Below, piece by piece: positions 13,542 through 25,480 of a stretch of DNA of 64,000 nt. The translations under genes were made by a program, and so were the position numbers. The notes under the pieces are model-generated. The model saw only the letters and a list, made by a program, of their open reading frames with translations. It had not been told where the DNA came from and did not search any database. Position 1 is the stretch's first letter; each line of letters opens with the position of its first letter. This stretch comes from Octopus sinensis. Its lineage: Eukaryota. The stretch lies in contig NC_043016.1 in NCBI RefSeq assembly GCF_006345805.1, forward strand, positions 4,960,001 to 5,024,000, in the 5' to 3' direction.

Positions 13542-13919
13542 AATAGTCCTTATTGGTACTTACTTCTGCTCAACTTCTAACTATAAAATTTTTGTCTCTA
13601 GTGCACCGCATCTCCTGTGGACTGCATCTCTTGTACACTCATCATTGATTTTGGTTTTCACTCATTTATGTTTTGCACATCGTGTGTGTCTGCTTCCTAA
13701 GTAGCAGTAGAGTCCTGTATTCTCTTGTATTAACTAAAATGTGCTATTTAGTATTTTTAAAATCTCTCGATTCTAGGTTTTGCATCCACTTTCGAAGCGT
13801 TTTTCCCAAGAACAACGAGCCGCCCAGTACAAGAATCGAACCCACAGCTTAACGATCGTTACTCAACACACAAACTATATTCACACCCACCCCACATATA
13901 TCTAGGTTTGGCGTGTGGT

Positions 13920-14230
13920 ATCTTTGATTCTTGTGGGTGATTCATGGCTGGAATCGTGGGTTGTATGATCTGAGTGTATACTGTTGCATGAAGCAAGAAG
14001 TAGGTCAATGATATAACGAAAGAAGAGGAGTGGGAAGAAACTGAATCCTGGAGATCTCCAGAATTGATTGATAGTGGAAGCGGAATTGTTCCTTCAATAC
14101 ATGCCACAATAGCCCAGAGAGGAAACTATCGATCCAAAATTTGAGTGATGGTTTAAGCTCGTAGGTAGAGATCTATTTATAGATCTGCGTGCTCGATACG
14201 GTCAAAGGTTTTCCCTGAACTTCTCTAAAG
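13920..14230 (-). pseudogene. CR1/L2-type LINE RT relic
   Basis: KTFDRIEH, FWIDSFLS, INSGDLQDSV, IIDLL motifs resemble KAFDRV..WISSFL..INSGVPQGSV..INDLL. Confidence 0.6.
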
Positions 14231-14304
14231 GGACAGCGCATTGAATGACATAAGAGTACATCACCGGTTCTGGTTTTCGCAGGAGTCATACAGGTGGGCA
14301 TTTA

Positions 14305-14351
<47 letters not shown>

Positions 14352-14395
14352 TGTATATTTATATATGTATATATATATATACATATATATATATA

Positions 14396-14949
14396 TACTA
14401 ACAAAATTAGAGAATGGAGAAATATACTTAAATCAGTAAAACATCAACTATCCGATGATACTCAATCCATACTTTAATACACCATTACATATGAGTAAAG
14501 GCAATACATAAATGAAATGAGATATACAGTAATAGTAACAAGATAAAGAGATATAAGTAAAAAATTTTCAAATATAATATGCAAATAAATCAAAACTGAC
14601 AGCTGTTTCGGCAGTGAGGACAGTCATACCTCATTTAACCTATAAGCCATAAAGGCCGTGGGGCATCCTTGTTAATGCCTCATTTATACCTGCCTTTATG
14701 GCTTATAGTTAAATGAGGTATGACTGTCCTCACTGCCGAAACAGCTGTCAGTTTTGATTTATTTGCATATTATATTGAAATTTTTTACTTATATCTCTTT
14801 ATCTTGTTACTATTACTGTATATCTCATTTCATTTTATGTATTGCCTTTACTCATATGTAATGGTGTATTAAAGTATGGATTGAGTATCATCGGATAGTT
14901 GATGTTTTACTGATTTAAGTATATTTCTCCATTCTCTAATTTTGTAGTA
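14396..14949. repeat. Long fold-back (arms ~260 bp, spacer 35 bp), PLE-like inverted pLTR
   Basis: 14396-14656 is the reverse complement of 14692-14949; contains the 3' half of a HHR (GCC-GAAACAGCTGTC) but no CUGANGA core. Confidence 0.9.
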
Positions 14950-15117
14950 TTAATTTACGGTAATATTATTACCTTTACCCATATAATGCAATAGATGAAC
15001 GGATTGTTTGACAATTTTTAACATCTATGTATTATTTTTGTGGGTACCTATCTAGCAGTATATTGGATATATATATCCATGGTGGGTTGAATTTTCAACC
15101 CCTATCTCATTTTATAA

Positions 15118-15155
<38 letters not shown>

Positions 15156-15202
15156 TTATAAGTATATGAAAGAATGGAGTTGAACGACTAGTTAACAAAT
15201 AT

Positions 15203-15298
15203 CCTTTATTCTCGACATATGTTTCGAAGGCTGCATATTCCTAATTCCGAAGGAATAAGGAGTACATTATGCAGATTTCTCATCAGGAAAATCAAGGA
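15203..15298 (-). ncRNA. Type I hammerhead ribozyme motif, intact core
   Basis: TTTTC-CTGATGA-GAA..CTGCATA..TATGCAG..TTC-GAA-ACATATGT-C-GAGAA; palindromic stem III, GUC site at 15214. Confidence 0.8.
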
Positions 15299-15387
15299 AC
15301 TTATGTCGACATCAAAATGCACATCGCCATGGGCTCCTTGAGAGCGGTCAGCTAAAAGTTTTTTGTGCATTTTGATGTCGACATAAG

Positions 15388-15482
15388 TTCCTTGTTTCCT
15401 GATGAGAAATCTGCATAATGTGCTCCTTATTCCTTCGGAATTAGGAATATGCAGCCTACGAACATATGTCGAGAATAAAGGA
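15388..15482 (+). ncRNA. Type I hammerhead motif, mirror copy with damaged GAAA
   Basis: CTGATGA at 15399-15405; CGAACATATGTC lacks one A. Confidence 0.6.
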
Positions 15483-15679
15483 TATTTGTTAACTAGTCGT
15501 TCAACTCCATTCTTTCATATACTTATAATTTTAAAATAAACATACAAATTTCCGCACGAAGACACGTAGTCTATGCCCTAGGGACGTAGCTTCAACCGTG
15601 TTCTTTCTGATGTGAATTTGCTACCCAGGTATCGGTTATCTTTCGAATTATCCTTAATAAGATAATTCATTCAATTACT

Positions 15680-15727
<48 letters not shown>

Positions 15728-16000
15728 ATAATATATATATATATATATAAATAGATGAGTGTATTTTTACCTTGTTAACAATTAACACGGAAAAATAAAT
15801 AAATAGTTACCAGGGCAGCAAAAATCTCACAATTAAAGATGTTGTAACTCCTTGTTTATAAAGGTAGAAACTTCGTGTTTACGTTGAATATTTTGAATAA
15901 TATATGAATAAATAAATGGAGTTTAACGCAGGTGTAATCAAATATTTTTACTTTCGAAAGTGAAAAAAGCGAAACTTGTTAATAAGACAAAAATGTCTTA

Positions 16001-17225
16001 TTGACGACCAACCTCTGGAGAAATTCGTTAGACGCAGTTTATATACCGAAACAGTTTCTATCCCAGTCGGTCATCCCGGTTTTCAAACAGGGAAACAGAT
16101 TCCTCGCACTCAACTATCGCCCAATCTCACTCACCTCCCACATCATTAAAGTGTTTGAAAGAGTGTTAAGATCAAGGATAGCTGACTTCCTGGAGACCCA
16201 CAAACTCCTAAATGCAAATCAGCATGGCTTTCGCTGTGGCAGGGACTGTCTAACACAACTCTTACACCACATTGAAGATGTACTCAAAGCTTTGGGAACA
16301 GGTTCGAACTCTTACGTCATATATCTTGACTTAAGTAAAGCGTTCGAGAGGGTAGACCATAATAGCCTACTCTCAAAATTGGCAAATGTTGGAATCCGTG
16401 GAAAAGTTCTACACTGGATTAAGTATTTCCTGGCGAATAGAACACAACATGTTGTAGTTGATGGAGTTCACTCAAGCCCAGCAAAAGTCACCAGCGGTAT
16501 TCTCCAGGGGACTGTCTTGGGTCCGCTACTCTTCATAATTTACATAAACGACCTTTCCAGTGTCGTACATTACTGCAAAGTGAAAATATTTGCTGATGAC
16601 ACTAAGCTCCAGCAAATCGTCAATGAAGAAGCAGACCGAACTCAACTTGTATGGTCTCCCCATACAAGACAAAACATCTCCAGAATTGAGTCACCCCAGA
16701 GGGCACTCACTAAACGAATTGAAGGCATGGCTGCTCTCGATTATTGGGATCGCCTTAAAGCCTTAAAACTTTACTCCCTCCAGCGTCGCCGTAAGCGGTA
16801 CATCATTTGTACGATGTGGAGAATATACCGCCAACTTTGCCCAAACGACCTTAACATTAGCTTCAAGGTTCATCCAAGACTGGGACCACGGGCCATACGT
16901 CCCCTGCCCAATTCAAGATCACAGCATAATTTCTTTTCCTCAACAGGCCCTGCCCTATTTAACATTGTCCCGAGGGAGATCAAAGAGGAAAAGGATCCCA
17001 TCAACTTTAAACGGAGTCTGGATAGATTCCTTCAAAGAATACCAGACAAGCCATCCATAATTGGATACAACTCACCCAACAAGAACTCACTACTTGAACA
17101 AAACTTGACTTAAACAAAACTTGACTTAAACAGGATTCGAATAATCCTATCAGGTGGTGCTATTAAGTTAGACATGGCCTGGACCAATCTTTGGTCGAAA
17201 CATATCTAAGTTTTATCTAAGTTAT
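16001..17225 (+). mobile_element. 5'-truncated CR1-like LINE with 370-aa RT ORF (16001-17113), internal deletion
   Basis: NYRPISLTS, QHGFR, YLDLSKAFERVDH, LQGTVLGPLLF, FADDTK; 3' stem-loop GACCA-ATCTT-TGGTC-GAAAC and ATCTAAGTT repeats. Confidence 0.92.
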
Positions 17226-17520
17226 ACATATATATATATATTGAAGGTGGTGTTGTATGTCATTGTCAATGGTGGTCTCCATTATCCTAGAAGTGTTAGA
17301 GGTGTGATCATCACACTAACCACGAGGCCACTCATCATTACACAAACGCACATACATACACACAGGTACATCTATATTGTGAGCTGATCTTTCAATTGCA
17401 TTTGTTCCCTTGGCCATCACAACAAACTTGTTATAAAATAGAAAGATGATATATATACTCTTGCGTCAGATATGCATTACGTTGAACTAAATGGCTTCAC
17501 GAGTTACAAGAGATTGAAGG

Positions 17521-17729
17521 TTACTCTTTACTCTTTTACCTGTTTCCGTCATTTGATTGCGGCCATGTTGGAGCACCGCCTGTAGTCGAGCAAATCGATC
17601 CCGGGACTTATTCTTTGGAAGCCTAGTACTTTTTCTATCGGTCTCTTTTGCCAAACCGCTAAGTGACGGGGACGTAAACACATCCGCATCGGTTATCAAG
17701 CGAGGCTGGGGGGACAAACAGACACACAA

Positions 17730-17787
<58 letters not shown>

Positions 17788-17949
17788 GACGGGCTTCTTT
17801 CAGTTTCCGTCTACCAAATCCACTCACAAGGTTTTGGTCGGCCCGAGGCTATAGTAGAAGACACTTGCCCAAGATGCCACGCAGAGGGACTGAACCCAGA
17901 ACCATGTGGTTGGTAAGCAAGCTACTTACTACAAAGCCACTCCTGCGCC
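17521..17949 (-). mobile_element. SINE family A
   Basis: Full reverse-complement match to 50-449. Confidence 0.9.
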
Positions 17950-18049
17950 TTGGTTGTGGACTTATATTTATATATTGGCAATACGTATTTGCAACAGTTT
18001 GAAATTCACACCCAAATAGAAAGAAAAGCTTGACTGGCCTTTACCAACT

Positions 18050-18790
18050 TTGAAGATGAAGTTAGATCGTGATATGACCGTTTAGGTTTACGTCAGTGTC
18101 TACAGGTCTTGTGTTCTGAGGGTTCTACTATATTCGTCCGAGATGAGGACAACGTACGGGCACTTGAAGCTACTTGAGAGATTTCACCAGAAGTATCTCT
18201 GATACTTAATAGCAAGACTTTAACACCAGACACTGAGGTACACCAGCAAGTTTGATTATCTCCCCATGGAATGAGAGATCAGCGCAAGTTACATGCATTG
18301 AGCAGGACATGTTTCGGTGAGAGGGCGGCGAGCTGGCAGAATCGTTAGCACACCGGGCGAAATGCGTAGCCGTATTTCGTCTGCCATTACGTTCTGAGTT
18401 CAAATTCCGCCGAGGTCGACTTTGCCTTTCATCCTTTCGAGGTCGATAAATTAAGTACCAATTACACACTCGGGTCGATATAATCAACTTAATCCCTTTG
18501 TCTGTCCTTGTTTGTCCTCTCTGTATTTAGCCCCTTGTGGGTAGTAAAGAAATAGGTATTTCATCTGCCGTTACGTTCTGGGTTCAAATTCCGCCGAGGT
18601 CGACTTTGCCTTTCATCCTTTCGAGGTCGATAAATTAAGTACCAATTACACACTGGGGTCGTTGTAATCGACTTAATCCGTTTGTCTGTCCTTGTTTGTC
18701 CTCTCTGTATTTAACCCCTTGTGGATAGTAAAGAAATAGGACATGTTTCGGTGAGCAATGAACGACACCTAGAATAAATTTGCAAAGTCA
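18050..18790 (+). pseudogene. RTE/BovB-like LINE relic interrupted by a SINE B dimer
   Basis: VYRSCVLRVLLYSSE..LKLLERFHQKYL..PDTEV. Confidence 0.6.
18322..18737 (+). mobile_element. tRNA-derived SINE family B, head-to-tail dimer, 18-bp TSD
   Basis: GGCGGCGAGCTGGCAGAATCGTTAGC head; second unit restarts at GTATTTC; TSD AGGACATGTTTCGGTGAG at 18304-18321 and 18738-18755. Confidence 0.92.
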
Positions 18791-19288
18791 AAATGGAATT
18801 AGATATGGTTTGAAAATTAAAATTAAAAGTTACTTCAGAGCTTATGAGTGTCTGACACTGAGCAGTTTCATTGAACATCGAATACAGTAATCAGTCGCCA
18901 TATCGCAGTTCACATATCTCGGTTTATTATTTCAGCTTACGTCGTTTTGTTTTGCATAAAATGAATATATATGCAAATTATAAAAAAACAGAAATATATA
19001 CAGTACTGTTTCTACTTCGCAAATTTTCACCTATCGGTGTTTTAACGCAACATCCTCGATAGTCGAGGGACTACTGTAATGTCAAAATGAAGTGTGTGTG
19101 TGTGAATGCTTCCATATTTATCTACCTATCGGTGTATTGAGTGCGCACGTGCATATGTGCATGTGTGTTCGAATGTGTGATCAAACAGATTCAAAAGAAG
19201 CTGGTGTTGATTCTCGTGGGCAAGACTTATGTAAAAACAAAATCGATAAAACGAGAGGAGCAAACATGCCGTAAAGAATAGAAAAAAA

Positions 19289-19438
19289 TCCAACGTTTCG
19301 GACAGAGAGTCCTTCTCCAGAGAGAAATTAATGAGAGACGTCAGAGTTTTACACGTTTAAAAACAGTGTTGCAACTCTTCGGTCACTCATTCATTTTTTA
19401 AAAAGTTTTCCTTGAAGGATAATGTCCGAAACTTTGGA
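19289..19438. ncRNA. Inverted pair of degenerate minimal hammerhead motifs
   Basis: Minus 19289-19323: TCT-CTGGAGA-A-GGAC-TCTCT-GTCC-GAA-ACGT-T-GGA. Plus 19408-19438: ..GGATAATGTCCGAAACTTTGGA. Both cores mutated. Confidence 0.5.
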
Positions 19439-19574
19439 TTATCACTCCTCACAGTAAGGTCACTGTACTCTTTGCACCGATTTTACTACATCATATATAT
19501 ATATACATACATATATGATATATATATACATACATATATGATGTATATATATATGAAGATATTATTGCTTATGA

Positions 19575-19622
<48 letters not shown>

Positions 19623-19630
19623 TACATGTA

Positions 19631-19672
<42 letters not shown>

Positions 19673-19705
19673 ATTATATATATATATTATATATATATAT
19701 TATAT

Positions 19706-19770
<65 letters not shown>

Positions 19771-20567
19771 GCGCACACATACATATACGTAGATTTACCT
19801 ATTTAGCCCTATCTCGCTCTGTCACTGAATCTATTTTTCTCTCTCTCTCCATATTCACATACATATATAAATAAATAAATATGTTTGTGTGCGTGCGTGC
19901 GTGCGTGTGCGTGCGTGCGTGTGCGTGCGTGCGTGTGTGTGCGTTTGTGTGTGTGAGGCAATACAAAATGTCCTCCCGAGGTGTCATGCAGTGGGACTGA
20001 ACCCGGAACCATGTGATTGGATAGCAAACTTCTTATCACGCAGGCACGCCTGCACCTATACATATTGGTGTGTGTATGGGCGCGCGCGCGTACGTACATG
20101 TGTGTGTGTGCGTGTGTATTTGTGTGCTCGGGCGCTTGTCTGCGTATGTGAGTAGATGTGTGGGTGTCCGTGTGGTGTGTGTGTGTAAGCGCGCGCGCGT
20201 GCATGTATGCGCGTGTGAGTGGATGTGTATGGGTGTCTATGTGTGGTGTGTGTGTGTGTATACACACAAGCATATACATTTCGGGTTATTAAGTAAAAAA
20301 TAACAACCATGAATATAGAGTTAAACTGGATATACACAAGTTTGAGTGTGGCTTTACGATTCTCCTCTGGTGGTTTATTGAAAATTTGCTCAAATTGGAA
20401 ATATGCATATTTCTAAAAATTCTAAAAGCAGAATGCAGTTGGGTAAGTTTATTTATGTGAAAGGAGTTTCTAAATTTGGGCTACTTTTAACTTATGATAG
20501 GAAATTAAACTTACTTTTCTTTCGATAGTTGCAGAAATGGAATAAAATATTTTATAAATTATTTTTC

Positions 20568-20961
20568 TTTCTTTACTACCTACAAGGGGCTAAACACAGA
20601 GTGGACAAACAAGGACAAAAGGATTAAGTCGATTACATTGACCCCAGTGCGTAACTGGTACTTATTTAATCGACCCCGAAAGGATGAAAGGCAAATTCGA
20701 CCTCGGCAGAATTTGAACTCGGAACGTAATGACAGACGAAATACCTATTTCTTTACTGCCCACAAGGGGCTAAACACAGAGGGGACAAACAAGGACGGAC
20801 AAACGGATTAAGTCGATTGCATTGACCCCAGTGCGTTACTGGTACTTAATTTATCGACCCCGAAAGGATGAAAGGCAGAATTTGAACTCAGAACGTAACG
20901 ACAGGCGAAATACGGCTACGCATTTCGCCCGGCGTGCTAACGGTTCTGCCAGCTTGCCGCC
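20568..20961 (-). mobile_element. SINE family B, head-to-tail dimer
   Basis: Same junction (GACGAAATACCTATTTCTTTAC) as 18322-18737. Confidence 0.9.
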
Positions 20962-21582
20962 TTTTTATAAATAATATTAGTTAACCTTATTGTAGGCGAA
21001 CTGGTAATATATTGATGTTTTGTTCTTTCGAATGAGAAAGCTGGAGGCCATTTTAATTTGAAAGGAGTAAATGGAGAGTTCTGGTTGGCGCAGTATGTCA
21101 ACAAGATGCATATGTGTATGCATGTTAGTAGTTAGATGCGTTTCTGTTTCTTGGTGGAAAGCATTCTATAGAATTCTTAGCAAGGCGATTTGATAATGCT
21201 CGTATGGATAACAGAAATTTACGAATTTTATACTTTGAATACAAGGAATGCCTAAAGTAAACAAAATGGATCAGAATGAATTGAAAGTTAAAACCTGAAG
21301 ACCAAAATTCCAGAAGACGGTTTTGTGATTGTAACTGAAAACAAAATAATTACAAACCGAAATCCAGTTCAAAGATACCAGTACATACCTACATACCAGT
21401 ACATACCTACGCATACACACATACATGCACATATATTTTATATATGCCCATATATAAAACATCCTCCACCTCCTCTTCCTCATCATCATCACCGTCATTG
21501 TCTTTGTCGTCGTCATCATCGTCGTCGTCGACGTTGACATCGCCACCACAATCTACCACCACCACCACCATCATCACAACCA

Positions 21583-21613
<31 letters not shown>

Positions 21614-21729
21614 CATCAAAATCCACATCCTCGTCATCATCCCCTCTCACTTCATCTCACTTCAGCATCTTCCCGTCCAAACCTTCATGTAGTTGGACCG
21701 GTTTTTGTTTTTCTTTGCTTGCCCCTTTT

Positions 21730-22130
21730 TTTACTTTCCATAACTTTGCTCTGAAGAACGGTTTTCAGCAGAGTGTCGGTAACAAGATACATGCATGTAC
21801 CAAGTAGGCTTTCGTTGCATCATTATGGTAAGGAGTGGTCTGTGCCCGTTAAGATATTTGTTGTTTGCCATGTATGTTTTGCAGAAGATGTGCGACAAAC
21901 GACTGGGTTCTACGTTCCGTGGTAACAATGAGAGTCCAACCTTCTCAGCCATACAAAAATAAATCAGAGCCACCAGAGAATTGCACAATTTGAGCTTTGT
22001 TGAAAAACTGATGGACCTGCTATTCCATATGAACTTCAATTTTGTCATAGTAGGTGAGGTCAAACCAAATCTTATTTTCTGTACTGAGCTGCCATCCTTT
22101 GCTCAAAATGGACCCAAGTTAAATTAATAG
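21730..22130 (-). pseudogene. RTE-clade LINE relic (post-RT region)
   Basis: KLKFIWNSRSISFSTKLKLCNSLV..PLLTIMMQRKPTWYMHVS. Confidence 0.7.
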
Positions 22131-22379
22131 TTGTTTGCTTTAAGATTTTCTCTATAGAGTATGATATTAGTTGCTGCATTATAGCAGCGGTTCTTTCTAG
22201 GAATCATACTCATTTCAAAACTGACTTTCCATTCCATACGAAGTTCTTTCCAGTCCAGTGGTGAGTTCCTGGAGTTCTGTTCTTACTAAAAGAACTTTAC
22301 TGTTTGAACTCATACTTTGTGTATAAACATATTTATAATATGTATTATAATATATAATATGTGCAGGTATGTTCCTTTC

Positions 22380-22700
22380 TTTTTTTAATTATTTAAATTC
22401 TTCGCTTTAGGAAGGAGACGGTTTCTGAAAAAGCTACAAAGTCCCATCGTTAGAATGTTGATAATAAAGACAATGTCGTATTTTGAACTTGAGAAAAGTC
22501 TTGCGTATCTTTATTGTTCCACTTGCAGAGTGTATTTGTAATGAGCGAGTCGGTTGTTTGATTTCTTTATCTGGAAACCTTTGCTTATCCACAGACTGTC
22601 ACTTAAGAATTTCCTCACAAAGCCAAGTGCACCATTCATTATTGGTATAAATGTAAATACATAATCTGGATATAGAAGCCATTGATATTTACATTAATGG
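22380..22700 (-). pseudogene. R4/Dong-type LINE 3' relic
   Basis: LLYPDYVFTFIPIMNGALGFV..HSASGTIKIRKTFLKF, paralogous to 24040-25060. Confidence 0.7.
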
Positions 22701-22844
22701 ATATTCACATCGGAATGTACATACCTATGTATGTCATTGCTCAGTTTTATTTCAAGATTTCTTGCCAACAGAGAAAGACCGGTTTCTAGCCTTGATCCAA
22801 GGTTACTTCTATGAAATTTCAACATCAACAACAGGGTATTTTTG

Positions 22845-23267
22845 TATGTATGTGTGTATGTATGTATGTATGTATGTGTGTATGTATGTATGTATGTATG
22901 TATGTATGTATGTATGTGTGTATGTATGTATGTATGTATGTGTGTATGTATGTATGTATGTATGTATGTATGATGTATGTATGTATGTATGTATGTATGT
23001 ATGTATGTATTATGTATGTATGTATGTATGTATGTATGTATGTATGTATGTATGTATGTATGTATGATGTATGTATGTATGTATGTTGTATGTATGTATG
23101 TTGTATGTATGTATGTATGTATTTGTGTGTGTATGCATGCATGTATTTATGTATGTATGTATGCATGTATGCATGTATGTAAGTATGTATGTATGTATGT
23201 ATGTATGCATGTATGTATATATGTATGTATGTATGGATATATGTATGTATGTATGTATGCATGTATG

Positions 23268-23301
<34 letters not shown>

Positions 23302-23339
23302 TGTATGGATATATGTATGTATGTATGTATGCATGTATG

Positions 23340-23372
<33 letters not shown>

Positions 23373-23561
23373 GTGTGTGTATGTATGTATGTATGTATGT
23401 ATGTATGTATGTATGTATGTATGTATGTATGTATGTATGTATGTGTATGTATGTATGTATGTATGTATGTATGTATGTATGTATGTATGTGTGTATGCAT
23501 GTATGTATGGATATATGTATGTATGTATGTATGCATGTATGTATGTATGTATGTATGTATG

Positions 23562-23595
<34 letters not shown>

Positions 23596-23698
23596 TGTAT
23601 GTGTGTATGTATGTATGTATGTGTGTATGTATGTATATGTGTATGTATGTATGTATGTATGTATGTATGTATGTATGTATGTATGTATGTATGTATGT
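22845..23698. repeat. (TATG)n tetranucleotide array, ~850 bp
   Basis: Direct inspection. Confidence 0.95.
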
Positions 23699-24039
23699 TT
23701 CTTCCTTGTGTTTAACTTTTTGAGATAGTCCAAGCCGATTGCTAACAAAGCAAGACTTTTTGAGTTAAGAGTGTTCCTGATATTTGTAAATATACAGTTG
23801 AATTGGTCGAGATGTTGATGCATTCACCCAAGTGTGTGAATCTATTCACATAAGAATCTTACAAGGAGAATTTTGAGAATGCTTTAGAAATCTTAACTGT
23901 GGCACTGATAGATTGGATTTGGAGAATCCGTGTCAGTTCCTTTGCTCTCTTTTTCGTGAAACTGAGTATTTAAAGTTCTTTGTGCAAATTTGTTGGCTCA
24001 TATCCTAATACTATGATGACGGGTTCTAATTTTTTATTA

Positions 24040-25060
24040 TTATAAATCTTCCACTGAGGAGAGAGCCGGTTCTCAACAAAGATATAAAGCTCCATCTTTG
24101 GGATATAGTTCACATTTAGTACTTGAGAAAAGCCTTGCATAATTTTACTCTTCCACTTACAGATTACACTTGTAATGCACGAATCAGCCTGACAATTTCT
24201 CTTTCTGAAAATCCCAGTTTACCCAAATTCTCCTTTAAGCATTTACTAAGAAAACCTTGTGCTCCAATTATTATTGATATGAATATGAATTCATAGTCTG
24301 GATATAGAAGCTGGAGATTTCGAAGCAGTTGTCCATGGATATCCTCTTTTTCTTTGATTTTCAAAGTGATATTTATATCTGCAGGGCAGCTGACCCCTAT
24401 GGTGATGCATACCGTTGCTCCTCTATCCCAAACAACAATATCCAGCTTGTTATGCTTATATTTGACAGAAGTTTTGATGGGAATATTCCACCAGTATTCC
24501 TTGAGTTGGAGTTTATGAATGCATTCCATAACTGTGGGATTTTCTAAGTTTATTTCAGGACAGTCTTTTTTGCGGATGACATTGTAAATTGTTTTAGCAA
24601 CAACATCGTGCAGCATAGGGAGGTAGTACCGTGACGTCATTTCAGAAGAGCTGCTAATAACATGCTTGATGTCTTCCACAGAAACATGACATAAGCTACC
24701 CAGCGGTTGCACCTTGGGATTACAAGAGCGTCACTGTCTCTCTTGTTCACCAGTTAGTTTGTGGCAATCTCCAGTTCCTGGATTGCATATGCATAGCCAT
24801 CAAAGTGTGATGTGATGTACGGGCTTCTGTCCAAGAGAGGCTCCGCTTTCCATCCAGGCCTTCTCTGATGTAAGACAGCCCAGCTAATTTGGGGCTGTGT
24901 AGGAGATAATCAGTAAGCGAGTGCTTCTTAAGGAGCTCACTGCCAACTCGTACACTTTTCAGCACTGCATTTTAGCAGGTGCTGCCTGACTGATGCCATA
25001 CGACATTTGAAGGCCTGAGATGATCCCAGGCATCTACCACCTTCATTTCTTATTAGGTAG
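24040..25060 (-). mobile_element. R4/Dong-type non-LTR retrotransposon 3' fragment (zinc knuckle + restriction-like endonuclease; ORF 24164-24712)
   Basis: LCHVSVEDIKHVISS, LHDVVAK, HNKLDIVVWD, SCPADINI, LLRNLQLLYPDY; upstream YAYAIQELEIAT. Confidence 0.85.
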
Positions 25061-25149
25061 AGCCTGTCAACATAACTGTTACTGTGGAAGGAGCAAAGAA
25101 AATTTAGTTACGGTAAGGAATAATTACAATGATGTTACATAATTAGCAG

Positions 25150-25480
25150 AGGTGCAAGAAAAATTACATCAAAGAATTTAAGTAAAGAAGTATCATTTTT
25201 ACATTATATTGAGTGATTTTCAGAAATATAATTTATAAACGCAAAGGTTGTCGTTGTGTGAGGTTCCACCACAAACTATGAACCAAGGTAAGGTATGAGG
25301 TAGGCCCTGGGACTGTGTGCATAGGTAGCTGGGTAAGTAGGTTGTTTAGAGGTCCTATTTGAGAGGAATTCAGGTGGGCTGGGTAGTGTCGTTTCAAATC
25401 GATTGTAGTCCCTATGTACACCCCAGCCTGGTGAGAATGTGGAGCTGTAACTAGGCATTTATATATGTTATAGCGCAAGC
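25150..25480 (-). pseudogene. PLE GIY-YIG endonuclease relic
   Basis: NIYKCLV..GVYIGTTIDLKRHYPAHLNS. Confidence 0.55.

Larger units (their letters stand above)
15150..15534. repeat. Fold-back element (arms ~173 bp, spacer 40 bp) with a hammerhead in each arm
   Basis: 15150-15323 is the reverse complement of 15364-15534; left end abuts (TA)n. Confidence 0.92.

Noticed and set aside
14700-14760. Complete hammerhead in the 14.4-kb fold-back
   Set aside because: Only the GAAA/stem III half is present; the upstream sequence TAAATGA has no UGA core.
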